The notes: generated by a model from the letters alone, not told the origin. A DNA stretch of 64,000 nt from an uncultured Gammaproteobacteria bacterium (GCA_964540635.1 CAZINP010000001.1:93364-157363); one strand, 5' to 3'. Counted from the stretch's first letter, positions 1 to 9,463 are shown. Program-made: numbers and translations.

Positions 1-192
1 GCTGCGGCTTCTATCATGGCCAAGGTTACTCGCGATCGGATAATGATTGAACTCGGAAAAAAATACCCGGCTTGGGGGTTTGAAAAACACAAAGGCTATG
101 GAACCAAAAAACACCTTGAGATGATTTCTCAATTTGGAATTTGTCGTCAGCATCGCCAAAGCTTTATGCCGATAAAAAATTTGCTAAAATAG
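1..192 (+). CDS. rnhB: Ribonuclease HII, C-terminal fragment (runs off window start)
   Basis: Frame 1 reads [15 protein letters not shown]...[12 protein letters not shown]...HRQSF to TAG at 190-192; AASIxAKVxRD and HKGYGT are RNase HII signatures; not in ORF track. Confidence 0.93.
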   Translation, partial: AAASIMAKVTRDRIMIELGKKYPAWGFEKHKGYGTKKHLEMISQFGICRQHRQSFMPIKNLLK

Positions 193-237
193 TTATTTAT
201 TGTATACTAAAAAAAGATAATTCATGGCAAAAACAAA

Positions 238-792
238 ATGGTTTATTCAACCAGAGGCAAAGAATTATTGAATCCGGAGGAAATATTTAAGCGCCTGGGC
301 ATCAAAGAGGGTGATCGCGTGGCGCATTTGGGCTGTGGAGGCGCCGCCCAGTTTGTCGTGCCGGCCGCTAAACTCGTGGGCAAAGAATCAATCCTTTACG
401 CGGTTGATATTTTAAAACCGGTTTTAGAAGCCACAATTAGCAAAGCCCGATTGGAAGGAGTTTACAATATAAAAGCCGTTTGGTCCGATTTGGAAGTTTA
501 TGGCGCCACCCGCATTCCGGCCGAAAGCCTAGACAGCGCTTTCCTTATTAATATATTATACGAATCAAAAAATCAGCTTGAGATTATCAAAGAGGCCGCA
601 CGTTTAATAAAACCAAGTGGCAAATTGCTGATTGTTGATTGGAGCCAAAAGCCGGGCCCGATCGGTCCGAGCTTACAGGCTAGAACTAATCAAAAAAAGG
701 TCGAGGAAATGCTTAGAGAAAACAATTTAAAAATTATTGACCAGTTTCAGGCCGGCACTTACCACTACGGCCTGATCGCCGAAAAATCATGA
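238..792 (+). CDS. Class I SAM-dependent methyltransferase
   Basis: Motif-I-like VAHLGCGG, YAVDI, and IKPSGKLLIVDW. Confidence 0.8.
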   Translation: MVYSTRGKELLNPEEIFKRLGIKEGDRVAHLGCGGAAQFVVPAAKLVGKESILYAVDILKPVLEATISKARLEGVYNIKAVWSDLEVYGATRIPAESLDSAFLINILYESKNQLEIIKEAARLIKPSGKLLIVDWSQKPGPIGPSLQARTNQKKVEEMLRENNLKIIDQFQAGTYHYGLIAEKS

Positions 793-1190
793 ATTACTTA
801 ATTTCATTTTTCCGCTTATCACATTTATTTTATCTTCGCCCGCAACCAATGGTTTGGCGTGGGGTGATAATTCTGATTGTAATTAACTGCCTTTTAATCG
901 TTTTGGGCCTTGTTGCTTTTTTTGCCGCACCCAAAATCAAAGACGGGCTGAAAGTTAAAGGTTTGAGAAAAATCGTGCACATGGGTTTAACCATGGGCAT
1001 TCTCGGTTTGGTTTACATCTTTTTTGCCTGGCAAGGTGTGGCTTTTCTTGCTGCCAGGTTTTGGATTTTAATTTGGGCGATTACTATTTTAGTTTGGCTT
1101 GCCTTTATTGCCAAGTATATGATTAAAGAGGTGCCAAAATTACGAGCCAGAATTGAAGACAAAAGAAAATTTGATAAATACATTCCCTAA
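789..1190 (+). CDS. Hypothetical membrane protein (about 3 TM)
   Basis: Three hydrophobic segments; ATGA overlap with upstream gene. Confidence 0.7.
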   Translation: MNYLISFFRLSHLFYLRPQPMVWRGVIILIVINCLLIVLGLVAFFAAPKIKDGLKVKGLRKIVHMGLTMGILGLVYIFFAWQGVAFLAARFWILIWAITILVWLAFIAKYMIKEVPKLRARIEDKRKFDKYIP

Positions 1191-1208
1191 AACACAAGCA
1201 ATCAACAT

Positions 1209-1234
1209 AGCGCCCCGAAAAACGGGGTGCTTTT
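1209..1234 (+). terminator. Intrinsic terminator
   Basis: AGCGCCCCG-aaaaa-CGGGGTGCT followed by T run. Confidence 0.6.
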
Positions 1235-1246
1235 AATTAAACCAAT

Positions 1247-1612
1247 ATGGACAAAAAACTTCTCGGCCGATTGGGCGAAAGATTGGCTAAAAACTTTTTG
1301 GAAAAAAATGGTTTTGAAATTCTTGAAAAAAATTATTTTGTCGGCAAGCTGGGGGAAATAGATTTAATTGCAAAAAAGAATAATCTTTTGCATTTTATTG
1401 AGGTTAAAACCAGAACCAATAAAAACTTCGGTTGGCCCGAAGAAAGCGTAGGAAAAACAAAATTAGAAAAAATAATTCTTTGTGCTCATGAATATTTAAG
1501 TGAGAATCAATTAAATAATTTATGGGAAATTGATGTTATTGCCATTTCCATAAATTTTCAAAAACGCCAAGCCAACCTCAGATTTATAAAAAATGTTTCA
1601 ATTGATAAATAA
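1247..1612 (+). CDS. yraN: YraN family putative endonuclease (UPF0102)
   Basis: LGRLGERLA, GEIDLIA, FIEVKTR motifs; usual position near rnhB. Confidence 0.9.
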   Translation: MDKKLLGRLGERLAKNFLEKNGFEILEKNYFVGKLGEIDLIAKKNNLLHFIEVKTRTNKNFGWPEESVGKTKLEKIILCAHEYLSENQLNNLWEIDVIAISINFQKRQANLRFIKNVSIDK

Positions 1613-1621
1613 AAACCGTTC

Positions 1622-1702
1622 TTGACAAAAACATTAAAATAATCTATACTATTTTTAATAGAGATCAGTTGAAACGGTAGCCAGTGGCTACCGAATTTTT
1701 TT
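1622..1702 (+). promoter_or_regulatory. nusA promoter and leader hairpin (possible attenuator)
   Basis: TTGACA(1622)-17-TATACT(1645); CGGTAGCC-agt-GGCTACCG (1675-1693) followed by AA and T7. Confidence 0.65.
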
Positions 1703-1741
1703 GCCAAATTATTAATTATAAATAAATTAACTTAAAAAAAT

Positions 1742-2995
1742 ATGGATCAACATTCAATTGCCGAAGCCGTCAAACAAATTTGCGACGAAAAGGGAATTTC
1801 CGTTGAGGCTGTTACTCAAACCATTGAAGCGGCTTTAGCGGCCGCTTATCGCAAAGACTTTGGCGAAAAAAACCAAAACATCAAAGCGGAATTTGACTTG
1901 GAAACCGGCAAGGTCAAAGTTTTTGACATTAAAACCGTGGTGGAAGATTTGCCGCCAGAACTTTTGGAAGAACTAAATCGCCAAAAGGAAGAAGAAGCCA
2001 AAGATGCCAAAGATATTAAAAAAGAAGTAAAGAAAAAATTAAAGGAAGAGGTGGAAGAAAAAAAGTCAGAAGCGGCCGAAGGAGACGAAGAAGAAGTCAG
2101 ACGCTTTAATCCTAAAACCGAACTTCAGGTAAGCGATGCCAAAAAAATTAAAAAGTCATACGATGTTGGCGATGAGATAAAAACCCAGTTGGAAGTGCCG
2201 GGTGATTTCGGACGCATGGCCGCTCAGACCGCCAAACAAGTCATTATCCAAAAGCTGCGCGAAACCGAACGCGAAACCATTTTTGAAGACTTCAAAGCCA
2301 AAGAAGGCCAAATCTTAATGGGCACAATTCAGCGCCGAGAAGGCAATTTGGTTTTGGTAGATATGGGCCGAATCAGCGCCATTTTACCGCCGGAAGAACA
2401 AATCCGCGGTGAAAATTATACCCCGGGTGCCGGCATGAAATTTTTTGTCGTCTCGGTCAATTCCACGACCAAAGGTCCGGAAGTGGTTGTTTCGCGCTCT
2501 CATCCGGAAATTGTCAAAAAATTATTTGATTTGGAAATTCCGGAAATTCAATCCGGTGTGGTGGTTATTAAATCCGTAGCCAGAGAAGCCGGCTCTAGAA
2601 GTAAAATCGCCGTCTTTACCGACCAAGAAAATATTGATCCGATCGGTTCGTGCATTGGCCAGCGCGGCGCCAGAATCCAAACCATCATCTCTGAACTCAA
2701 AGGTGAAAAAATTGATATCATTAAATATTCTGATGATCCCAAAGAATTTATCACCAATGCTTTGTCACCGGCCAAGATAAATGAAATCACCATAAACGAA
2801 GAAGAAAAAGTGGCAACTGCCAAAGTGCCGGAAGATCAATTGTCTTTAGCCATTGGGCGCTCCGGCCAAAATGTCAGATTAGCCGCCAAATTAACGGGCT
2901 GGAAAATTGACATTGTTTCCGAGTCAGGCAAAAAAATTGATGAGGAAGAAATTGAACAAGAAGAATCGGAAGAAGAATCTTCTGACGAAGAATAA
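1742..2995 (+). CDS. nusA: Transcription termination/antitermination factor NusA
   Basis: FGRMAAQTAKQVIIQK, AREAGSRSKIAV, DPIGSCIGQRG, SLAIGRSGQNVRLA. Confidence 0.98.
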   Translation: MDQHSIAEAVKQICDEKGISVEAVTQTIEAALAAAYRKDFGEKNQNIKAEFDLETGKVKVFDIKTVVEDLPPELLEELNRQKEEEAKDAKDIKKEVKKKLKEEVEEKKSEAAEGDEEEVRRFNPKTELQVSDAKKIKKSYDVGDEIKTQLEVPGDFGRMAAQTAKQVIIQKLRETERETIFEDFKAKEGQILMGTIQRREGNLVLVDMGRISAILPPEEQIRGENYTPGAGMKFFVVSVNSTTKGPEVVVSRSHPEIVKKLFDLEIPEIQSGVVVIKSVAREAGSRSKIAVFTDQENIDPIGSCIGQRGARIQTIISELKGEKIDIIKYSDDPKEFITNALSPAKINEITINEEEKVATAKVPEDQLSLAIGRSGQNVRLAAKLTGWKIDIVSESGKKIDEEEIEQEESEEESSDEE

Positions 2996-3033
2996 AACAG
3001 TATTAATTAATTTGTTTATCCCAATTATTGCTT

Positions 3034-4320
3034 ATGAAAATTGAAGTAAAATCCCTGCCCCGAGCTCAAGCTGAAATCGTGGTGGAACTAAGCCTAGAAG
3101 AATATCAACCTCACTTAGAACAAGCGGCAATTAGAATTTCCGAGCAAATTAAAATTCCCGGCTTTCGCCCGGGTAAAGCCGGTTTGGATATTGTCAAAGC
3201 CAAAGTCGGCGAAAAGGAAATCTGGACCGAAGCTTTTGAAGGCGCGGTCAAAAAAACCTTGTTTGCCGCTTTGCTAGAGAAAAAAATCGATTCAGTCGGC
3301 CAGCCGGAAATTGACATAGTCAAATTGGAACCGGGCCAGCCCGTTATCTACAAAGCCATTGTTAATTTGTTTCCGGAAATAAAACTGGCTGACTACAAAA
3401 ATTTAAGCGTCACCAAAAAACCGATTGAAATCAAAGAAGAAAAGGTTGAGCAAACGCTTAAAGACTTGCAAAAAATGCGCGCCAAAGAAGTTTTGGTGGA
3501 GCGCCCGGCAAAAAAAGGCGATAAAGCCGAAATTAATTTTGCCGCCTTTATGGACAAGGTGCCAATTGAAAACGGCCAACACCAAAAATACCCGATTGTC
3601 ATTGGCGACGGCCAATTCATTCCCGGCTTTGAAGATAATTTAGTCGGCATGAAAAAAGATGAAGAAAAAACTTTCCCCCTAAAATTTCCGGAAAATTATC
3701 CGCAAAAGAATTTAAGCGGCCGCGAAGTGGAATTCAAAGTTAAAATGCTTGCCGTCTACGAAAGAGAATTGCCGGAAATCAACGACGAATTTGCCGCCGG
3801 TTTTGGCCAGTTTAAAAATTTAGCCGAAGCCAAAGAAAAAATCAGAGATAACTTAAAACACGAAGCCGAACACGAAGCGCATCATCAGCTAGAAGAATCA
3901 ATTATTGATTTGCTGATTGAAAAAAGCGAATTTTCCGATGTGCCGGATTTGCTGGTCAACTCTGAAGCCAAAAAAATGATGGAAGAACTGGAACAAAACG
4001 TAATGATGCAAGGCATGCCGTTTGATCAATATTTGGAAGGGTTGAAAAAGACCAAAGACGAAATGCTTTTGGAATTTGCCCCGCAAGCCTTAAAGCGCGT
4101 CAAAGGCGCTTTGGTTATGCGTCAGGTGGCTACGGCCGAAAACGTTCAAGCAACCGACGAGGAAATCAAGGCTGAAATTGAACGCATGTTAGCCTACTAC
4201 GGCAATGATGCGGAAATGGCCAAGAACTTCCAAACACCCAGCTACAAAGAATATGTTAAAAACATTCTGGCTTCCAGAAAAACCATGGCTAAACTGGAAG
4301 AAATAATGGTTAAAGAATAA
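3034..4320 (+). CDS. tig: Trigger factor
   Basis: IPGFRPGKA ribosome-binding motif, FIPGFED FKBP domain; ATG at 3034 preferred over TTG at 3028. Confidence 0.97.
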   Translation: MKIEVKSLPRAQAEIVVELSLEEYQPHLEQAAIRISEQIKIPGFRPGKAGLDIVKAKVGEKEIWTEAFEGAVKKTLFAALLEKKIDSVGQPEIDIVKLEPGQPVIYKAIVNLFPEIKLADYKNLSVTKKPIEIKEEKVEQTLKDLQKMRAKEVLVERPAKKGDKAEINFAAFMDKVPIENGQHQKYPIVIGDGQFIPGFEDNLVGMKKDEEKTFPLKFPENYPQKNLSGREVEFKVKMLAVYERELPEINDEFAAGFGQFKNLAEAKEKIRDNLKHEAEHEAHHQLEESIIDLLIEKSEFSDVPDLLVNSEAKKMMEELEQNVMMQGMPFDQYLEGLKKTKDEMLLEFAPQALKRVKGALVMRQVATAENVQATDEEIKAEIERMLAYYGNDAEMAKNFQTPSYKEYVKNILASRKTMAKLEEIMVKE

Positions 4321-4336
4321 AAAACTCAAATAGCAG

Positions 4337-4363
4337 ACCGCCCCGAGTCTTCGGGGCGGTTTT
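4337..4363 (+). terminator. tig intrinsic terminator
   Basis: ACCGCCCCGA-gtct-TCGGGGCGGT then TTT. Confidence 0.8.
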
Positions 4364-4390
4364 GTATTAAAAGCGTTATTTTGATAGAAT
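4362..4390 (+). promoter_or_regulatory. Sigma70-type promoter facing the cassette region (repeated at 7171-7199)
   Basis: TTGTAT-17-TAGAAT with extended -10 TG; a further TATAAT at 4401-4406. Confidence 0.5.
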
Positions 4391-4479
4391 TAAGGCGGGA
4401 TATAATACCAATATATTAACAATAATTAGGAATTCAATATAAAAAGTGTGTTGATTTTATTAAATAACTCAATAAAACT

Positions 4480-5127
4480 ATGAAAAAAACTGTTCTAATC
4501 GCTCTGCTTGGTTTTAGTTTAACTTTGATTGGTTGTGTTCAACAAACTCCGGCAGAAAACCAAGACATAAGTCAGCCAACACTAAATGTTAATCAAAGCA
4601 CAAATCAACCGGCTGTAAATCTTAATCAGGGTGCTAACACCAACCAACCAACCGCAAATGTGAATCAAAATGTAAATACTAACACCAATAAACCAGTTGA
4701 TGCTTATGCAGATTGGCGAACTTACACTCACCCGTTCTATGGCTGGAAAATTAAATATCCAAAAGATTGGCAGTTTAAAGAATTTAATCAAAGTATTGCT
4801 TTTGCTCCACAAAATATCTCTTTGGAGCAAGAGTGGACTTCGGGCGCTATTGTATGGATAGTCTACCAAAATCCTGATCAACTAAGCTTGGAAGAATTTT
4901 TTAATGGCACGAATCAACCAAACTACTTCAATGACGCCGCAAATGGAATAGCAAACATTACTGTCGATGGGGTTTTGTCGAAAAAATTTAACGGCGTACC
5001 CGGCATGGTAGCATATACTATTTCTACAATTCCAAAAGGTGCAGTAATTGTTGAGCTTAGGGATAATGGAGAAAAACATAAAACTGATGGTATTTATGAT
5101 ATGATGCTTCAAAGTATAGATTTCTAA
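4480..5127 (+). CDS. Lipoprotein with N/Q-rich linker and PsbP-like domain
   Basis: Lipobox LIGC; low-complexity NVNQ/TNQP repeats; WRTYTHPFYGWKIKYPKDW motif. Confidence 0.7.
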   Translation: MKKTVLIALLGFSLTLIGCVQQTPAENQDISQPTLNVNQSTNQPAVNLNQGANTNQPTANVNQNVNTNTNKPVDAYADWRTYTHPFYGWKIKYPKDWQFKEFNQSIAFAPQNISLEQEWTSGAIVWIVYQNPDQLSLEEFFNGTNQPNYFNDAANGIANITVDGVLSKKFNGVPGMVAYTISTIPKGAVIVELRDNGEKHKTDGIYDMMLQSIDF

Positions 5128-5150
5128 GTAATAAAAATAAATACAACGGC

Positions 5151-5210
5151 ATGTAACGCGGTTTTGGCTAAAACAGGCAAAGACCGAATCACTAAAACCC
5201 GACGCTATGT
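5151..5210 (+). mobile_element. Degenerate attC-like site
   Basis: ATGTAAC, GGTTTTGG...CTAAAACC, GCTATGT (GTT core mutated); resembles the attC at 9980-10033. Confidence 0.4.
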
Positions 5211-5305
5211 GTAATACATTTTGGAACACTAGGAATACGAATTTACTCTTTTCAGTCCATAAATTAAAGCGATTAGAACTTTCAATAAACTCTAATTAAA
5301 AAACT

Positions 5306-7054
5306 ATGGCATATGAAAAAATAAGGCCAAAATTTGGCAAAAAATTATTAGGACTAACTTTATTTGTATTGGTACTAATTGGTATGGGGGGAGGAACTGT
5401 CTATGCGTCAACCAGCGCTTTACCGGGCGATCTACTTTATCCAATAAAAGTAAACTTTACCGAGGAATTGGAGGCAGCCACTAAACTATCCGATCAAGCA
5501 AAAGCCGAATGGGCAATTGAAAGAATCAATAGAAGGCTGAACGAAATAGATCAGATACTTTTAGTATTGGATGATGTTGACCCAAAAATCATTCAATCAA
5601 TTCAGACAAATGTGGAAAAAAGCGGTTCAAACGCCATAATAGCCGCCCAATCCTTAGACTCTGAATCTGTTTCAAAGATTTTATCCAAATTGCAAACAGC
5701 AACCGAATCATACAGTACCACCTTAGGTTCTATCCCCGAAAATACAACTGACGAAGAAATTGGAACTGCCTTAAACACAATTCTTGAAAATGTCCAGGAC
5801 GTAGAAAAAGAAACGCAAAAAATCGCTTTAAGTTTTTTCGTGGGACAAAATTTTTTTCCGGATGACAAAAACACACAACCTAAAAATAATCAAAATATTG
5901 GGAAAATAAATATTATTAGTCCCAAAATCGGAACCCAATTAGTTTCCGGGGTAGCCACAACCATTGCTTGGGAGCCTGTAGAAAAGGCCAGATCATACGA
6001 AGTGACTGTTACTCATCCGGGAGGTGAAGTAATCGGCCTCATTTTTGGTCAGATTCGCAGAACATCGGATGCTTCATATCAAATGGAAACGAGCATTCTC
6101 TGGCCCGCTGACTATTATCACGGACCTGCGCCGGAACTTAAAATAAATACTCTTGCGCCAGGTTACTATAAAATCAAAATAAGGGCCGAGGATTTTGATG
6201 GGAATGTATATATTGGAGAGTCAGAAAACTTTTCCATTGTAGCGCCCGAAAGCGACCGAGGAATACTGGCCGTGGAAATAATAAATCAAAAAGATAACCC
6301 AATCAATGAAAGCAAAGTCAAAATTGAATCGCAGTCAAATCAACAAAATTACGAGGCGACCGCCGATTCGAATGGCTTAGCTGTCATCAATCATATGCAA
6401 CCGGGCATATATAATGTTGAAGTGATTCCACCGAACTCATATTACAGCGCCAGATTCTCAGTTTATATTCAAGCGGGAAAAACCGCCCATCGAATTGTTC
6501 GCCTGGGCAGTAAAACCGAACCATTATCACAAGAATATGAAAATAAAGATGATTATGTTTCACCCACGATAAAAGTAAACGTGGAGGACGTATTGCCAAG
6601 CTCTATCTCGGCTAAAGAAAACTCCGGAAAATCCATCCTATTTGCACGCGCAAGTTTGACGCCGGATGATTCTATTGCATTTAATCGATTAAAACTTGGT
6701 TGTGCCGGCGACAGTCGCGCCTTCAGCGGTGCAACACTTACTACAAGCAACGGCATTTCCAAAAATATCCAAATGCGCCCAACATACGGCGGATTTGAAT
6801 TGGAAGTTGCCGTAAAAGATATCGATTTCAGTATTTTAAAAGATGAAACAACTACGATTTCGCTTTTCTTGAATGTTCGTGACTTAGACCAAGCCATTGC
6901 ATCAGGCGCACAATATCCAAAAAAAATCTCATGCGGTTTACAAGAGATTACTTTTGTAAGTCAGCGAACAGGTCGTCCAATATCACAAAAATATTTTGAC
7001 ATTAATGTAATTACAGCAATACGGGCACTAAAAACTACTCTGACAAAAGAATAA
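5306..7054 (+). CDS. Secreted/membrane-anchored protein with DUF5667-like N-terminal domain and beta-sandwich domains
   Basis: TM/signal then ALPGDLLYPIK...RLNEID; ATADSNGLAV...PGIYNVEV carboxypeptidase-regulatory-like segment. Confidence 0.65.
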   Translation: MAYEKIRPKFGKKLLGLTLFVLVLIGMGGGTVYASTSALPGDLLYPIKVNFTEELEAATKLSDQAKAEWAIERINRRLNEIDQILLVLDDVDPKIIQSIQTNVEKSGSNAIIAAQSLDSESVSKILSKLQTATESYSTTLGSIPENTTDEEIGTALNTILENVQDVEKETQKIALSFFVGQNFFPDDKNTQPKNNQNIGKINIISPKIGTQLVSGVATTIAWEPVEKARSYEVTVTHPGGEVIGLIFGQIRRTSDASYQMETSILWPADYYHGPAPELKINTLAPGYYKIKIRAEDFDGNVYIGESENFSIVAPESDRGILAVEIINQKDNPINESKVKIESQSNQQNYEATADSNGLAVINHMQPGIYNVEVIPPNSYYSARFSVYIQAGKTAHRIVRLGSKTEPLSQEYENKDDYVSPTIKVNVEDVLPSSISAKENSGKSILFARASLTPDDSIAFNRLKLGCAGDSRAFSGATLTTSNGISKNIQMRPTYGGFELEVAVKDIDFSILKDETTTISLFLNVRDLDQAIASGAQYPKKISCGLQEITFVSQRTGRPISQKYFDINVITAIRALKTTLTKE

Positions 7055-7087
7055 TTCAACCATAGATTTTAATGATTAGCCTTCCAC

Positions 7088-7215
7088 AAAACCATGGCCA
7101 AAATCGAAGAAATAATGGTTAAAGAATAAAAACCTCAAATAGCAAACCGCCCCGAAGATTCGGGGCGGTTTTGTATTAAAAGCGGTATTTTGATAGAATT
7201 AAGGCGGGATATAAT
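7088..7215 (+). repeat. Copy 2 of 128-bp direct repeat (orphan tig 3' end + terminator + promoter)
   Basis: Encodes KTMAKIEEIMVKE* versus tig KTMAKLEEIMVKE*; terminator hairpin at 7144-7172. Confidence 0.92.
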
Positions 7216-7353
7216 GATATTATGTGCTCAATAAATTTTAATTATTTTCTCTAAAAATAGGCAAAATAATTGCCTGTTCGCATAAAAGTAGTTAAGTGAA
7301 ATTGAATTTTGGTTTATACTTCAAGCCGAGTCTTATTCAATAACAAAAAGCGT

Positions 7354-7743
7354 ATGAAAATTTTTGCACAATTTGTTTCGAGTCTTGTGGGCGGCATATT
7401 GTTGGGCATCGTTGGTTTAGCTATTGGTGCTACAATTGGCGGCAATTTCGGCTTTCCAGAATTTGGAGGTAACGCCGGTTATGAATCTGGCGGTGTATTT
7501 TTTGCAATTGTTGGGATCTCACTTGGTAGCTTGCTCGGAATTATGGCAGTAAAAAAAATGCAAAAAGAGCAACACAAGTATACGGTCGCCTCAATTGCCG
7601 CCACCATTATGATTGTCATCGATGTTCTCTTGTTTGATTACAATATGCCGCCAGTTATTGCACTCACAATACTTTTGATGCCACCAATAGTATTAACAGT
7701 AATAACAAATTGGCAAAAATTTTCCAAAACAAAAAACTCATAA
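7354..7743 (+). CDS. Cassette 1: Gly-rich hypothetical membrane protein (about 4 TM)
   Basis: ATG at 7354 (MKIFAQF); TTG start 7309 lies in the cassette terminal repeat. Confidence 0.75.
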   Translation: MKIFAQFVSSLVGGILLGIVGLAIGATIGGNFGFPEFGGNAGYESGGVFFAIVGISLGSLLGIMAVKKMQKEQHKYTVASIAATIMIVIDVLLFDYNMPPVIALTILLMPPIVLTVITNWQKFSKTKNS

Positions 7744-7764
7744 CCAGAACCAAAATTCAACATC

Positions 7765-7885
7765 ACTTAACACGGCATAAGCGGCTACACTCCCTTTGGT
7801 CGTTTCGCCCATATTTGGCGCTGGTGTAGCACTCCGTGCTAAAATTGTACCAGCGCCAAACATCGTTTATGCCGGGACGTTAGTA
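7765..7885 (+). mobile_element. attC site (121 bp)
   Basis: ACTTAAC, CGGCATAAGCG / CGTTTATGCCG arms, inner TTTGGCGCTGGT / ACCAGCGCCAAA stem, GTTAGTA. Confidence 0.88.
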
Positions 7886-7908
7886 AAAATACTAGCAATT
7901 TTATAAAC

Positions 7909-9339
7909 ATGAAATTCTCTGAATTATTTAACGTAAAACGGAATCGTAATGATGACTGGTTTGATCCCATATTGGAATATGACACCAAACTTTTCATTGA
8001 TCCTTTTATAATATATAAAAAAGGATCAGGAATTTTTCAAGGTGCACATAAAAAAATTATTAATTTTTTCAATGAATCTTTAAAGGTTGTTGCGAAAGCT
8101 GACACTGACACTAAAAATTTATTTTACAAAAAATCGAAATCAATATTAGTCTTTCCCGAGGTTGAAGAATTATGCTTGGGTTATACAGTCGCAGGAACCA
8201 GTGGCGCCGGCTCAGGTCTAGAATTTGCTGAAATTATGATAGAGGCAATAAAGACTGCGCTAGCTAGGGGGGTTCAAAATATTCAGCACCTTGAAGAATT
8301 AGAAATTCTAAATACTGGTATTGGCGCCGATCGCATAAGCGATATCACAGCAAATATTTTAAAAAAAGAACTGATTGCTTATACTCAAAATATTTGCAAA
8401 AAATACAGCATACCAACAGCGCAAATCAAAATTAGAAATTCTGATTTCGATTTTAATAATCAAAGGTGGCTTTCTGAATCTATTAATCTACCGATTAACC
8501 CCAAAAATTCTAAAGCAATACTACTGGTACCTCAAAATTTTTTAGATGAACTTCCAGAAATCAACTCATCTAATTTCTGGGATTATTTATGCAACTACGA
8601 GAACAAAAGACTGAGAAACGATTTTAATTTTGACATATCGCAAAAAGTTGATAAAAAAACTATCGTGGAAATTGCGAGAAATCATCCCGATCTTCTTAAA
8701 AAGTATATTGATCGTGAAGAAAGCCATGGAAAAGCGACTCCATACAACTTTAAACAAGATTATAAAAATTTGATAAAATGGCACGATCGTGGCCAAATTT
8801 TTGTCAATAATAATCCCATACAATTAAAATCGCCAAATACAAACTCAGAATTTGATGAAGTGATCAAAAAAATTACTAATGCCTACAAAAATTTTGTTGA
8901 AAACCAAGGTGGCAATGAACTTCTTTGGAATGATAATGGTACTAAGCGAAATGAAAGTGCTGCTCAAAGAGCCTTTGCTGGTATAGCCATTCCTTATTGC
9001 CAAATTAATAATATAGACGTATCCAAGGAGGCAAATTTTGGTCGAGGCCCAGTAGATTTTAAATTTTCTACTGGCTACCATGCTAGAAAACTTATCGAAG
9101 TTAAGAAAGCTAGTACTGCCAGTAGATTAATTGAAAAAATTAAAAATCAGCTACCAACCTATCTAAAGGCAGAAGATGTCAAGAAAGGTACTTACTTGAT
9201 AATCAAATACTCAAGAAATGATGAAAAAATAATTGATAAAATAAAAAAAGAGATCAATAATCTGAATAAAAATTCTAATTTTGACATTGATTATCAAGTA
9301 GTTAGTGCAGAAAAATTCCCTAGTGCATCACGATTATAA
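7909..9339 (+). CDS. Cassette 2: uncharacterised protein with C-terminal PD-(D/E)xK-like nuclease motif, candidate defence gene
   Basis: E...GRGPVDFKFS...IEVKK at the C-terminus; DTKLFIDPF and GADRISD motifs N-terminally; very AT-rich; bounded by attC sites. Confidence 0.6.
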   Translation: MKFSELFNVKRNRNDDWFDPILEYDTKLFIDPFIIYKKGSGIFQGAHKKIINFFNESLKVVAKADTDTKNLFYKKSKSILVFPEVEELCLGYTVAGTSGAGSGLEFAEIMIEAIKTALARGVQNIQHLEELEILNTGIGADRISDITANILKKELIAYTQNICKKYSIPTAQIKIRNSDFDFNNQRWLSESINLPINPKNSKAILLVPQNFLDELPEINSSNFWDYLCNYENKRLRNDFNFDISQKVDKKTIVEIARNHPDLLKKYIDREESHGKATPYNFKQDYKNLIKWHDRGQIFVNNNPIQLKSPNTNSEFDEVIKKITNAYKNFVENQGGNELLWNDNGTKRNESAAQRAFAGIAIPYCQINNIDVSKEANFGRGPVDFKFSTGYHARKLIEVKKASTASRLIEKIKNQLPTYLKAEDVKKGTYLIIKYSRNDEKIIDKIKKEINNLNKNSNFDIDYQVVSAEKFPSASRL

Positions 9340-9355
9340 AAATTGCTAGTACTTC

Positions 9356-9463
9356 TACTAACACCTGCTATACGAACATTGCTTGTCCCCGTTCGTGATG
9401 GACTCCGTCCAATTTTATCACGACGGTGACGGCGCAACGTCGTATAGCAGGGTAACGTTGTAT
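9356..9463 (+). mobile_element. attC site (108 bp)
   Basis: TACTAAC, CCTGCTATACGA / TCGTATAGCAGG perfect arms, inner CGTGAT / ATCACG stem, GTTGTAT. Confidence 0.88.

Larger units (their letters stand above)
4279..4406 (+). repeat. Copy 1 of 128-bp direct repeat (tig 3' end + terminator + promoter)
   Basis: Aligns without gaps to 7088-7215 with 9 mismatches by manual count. Confidence 0.92.
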
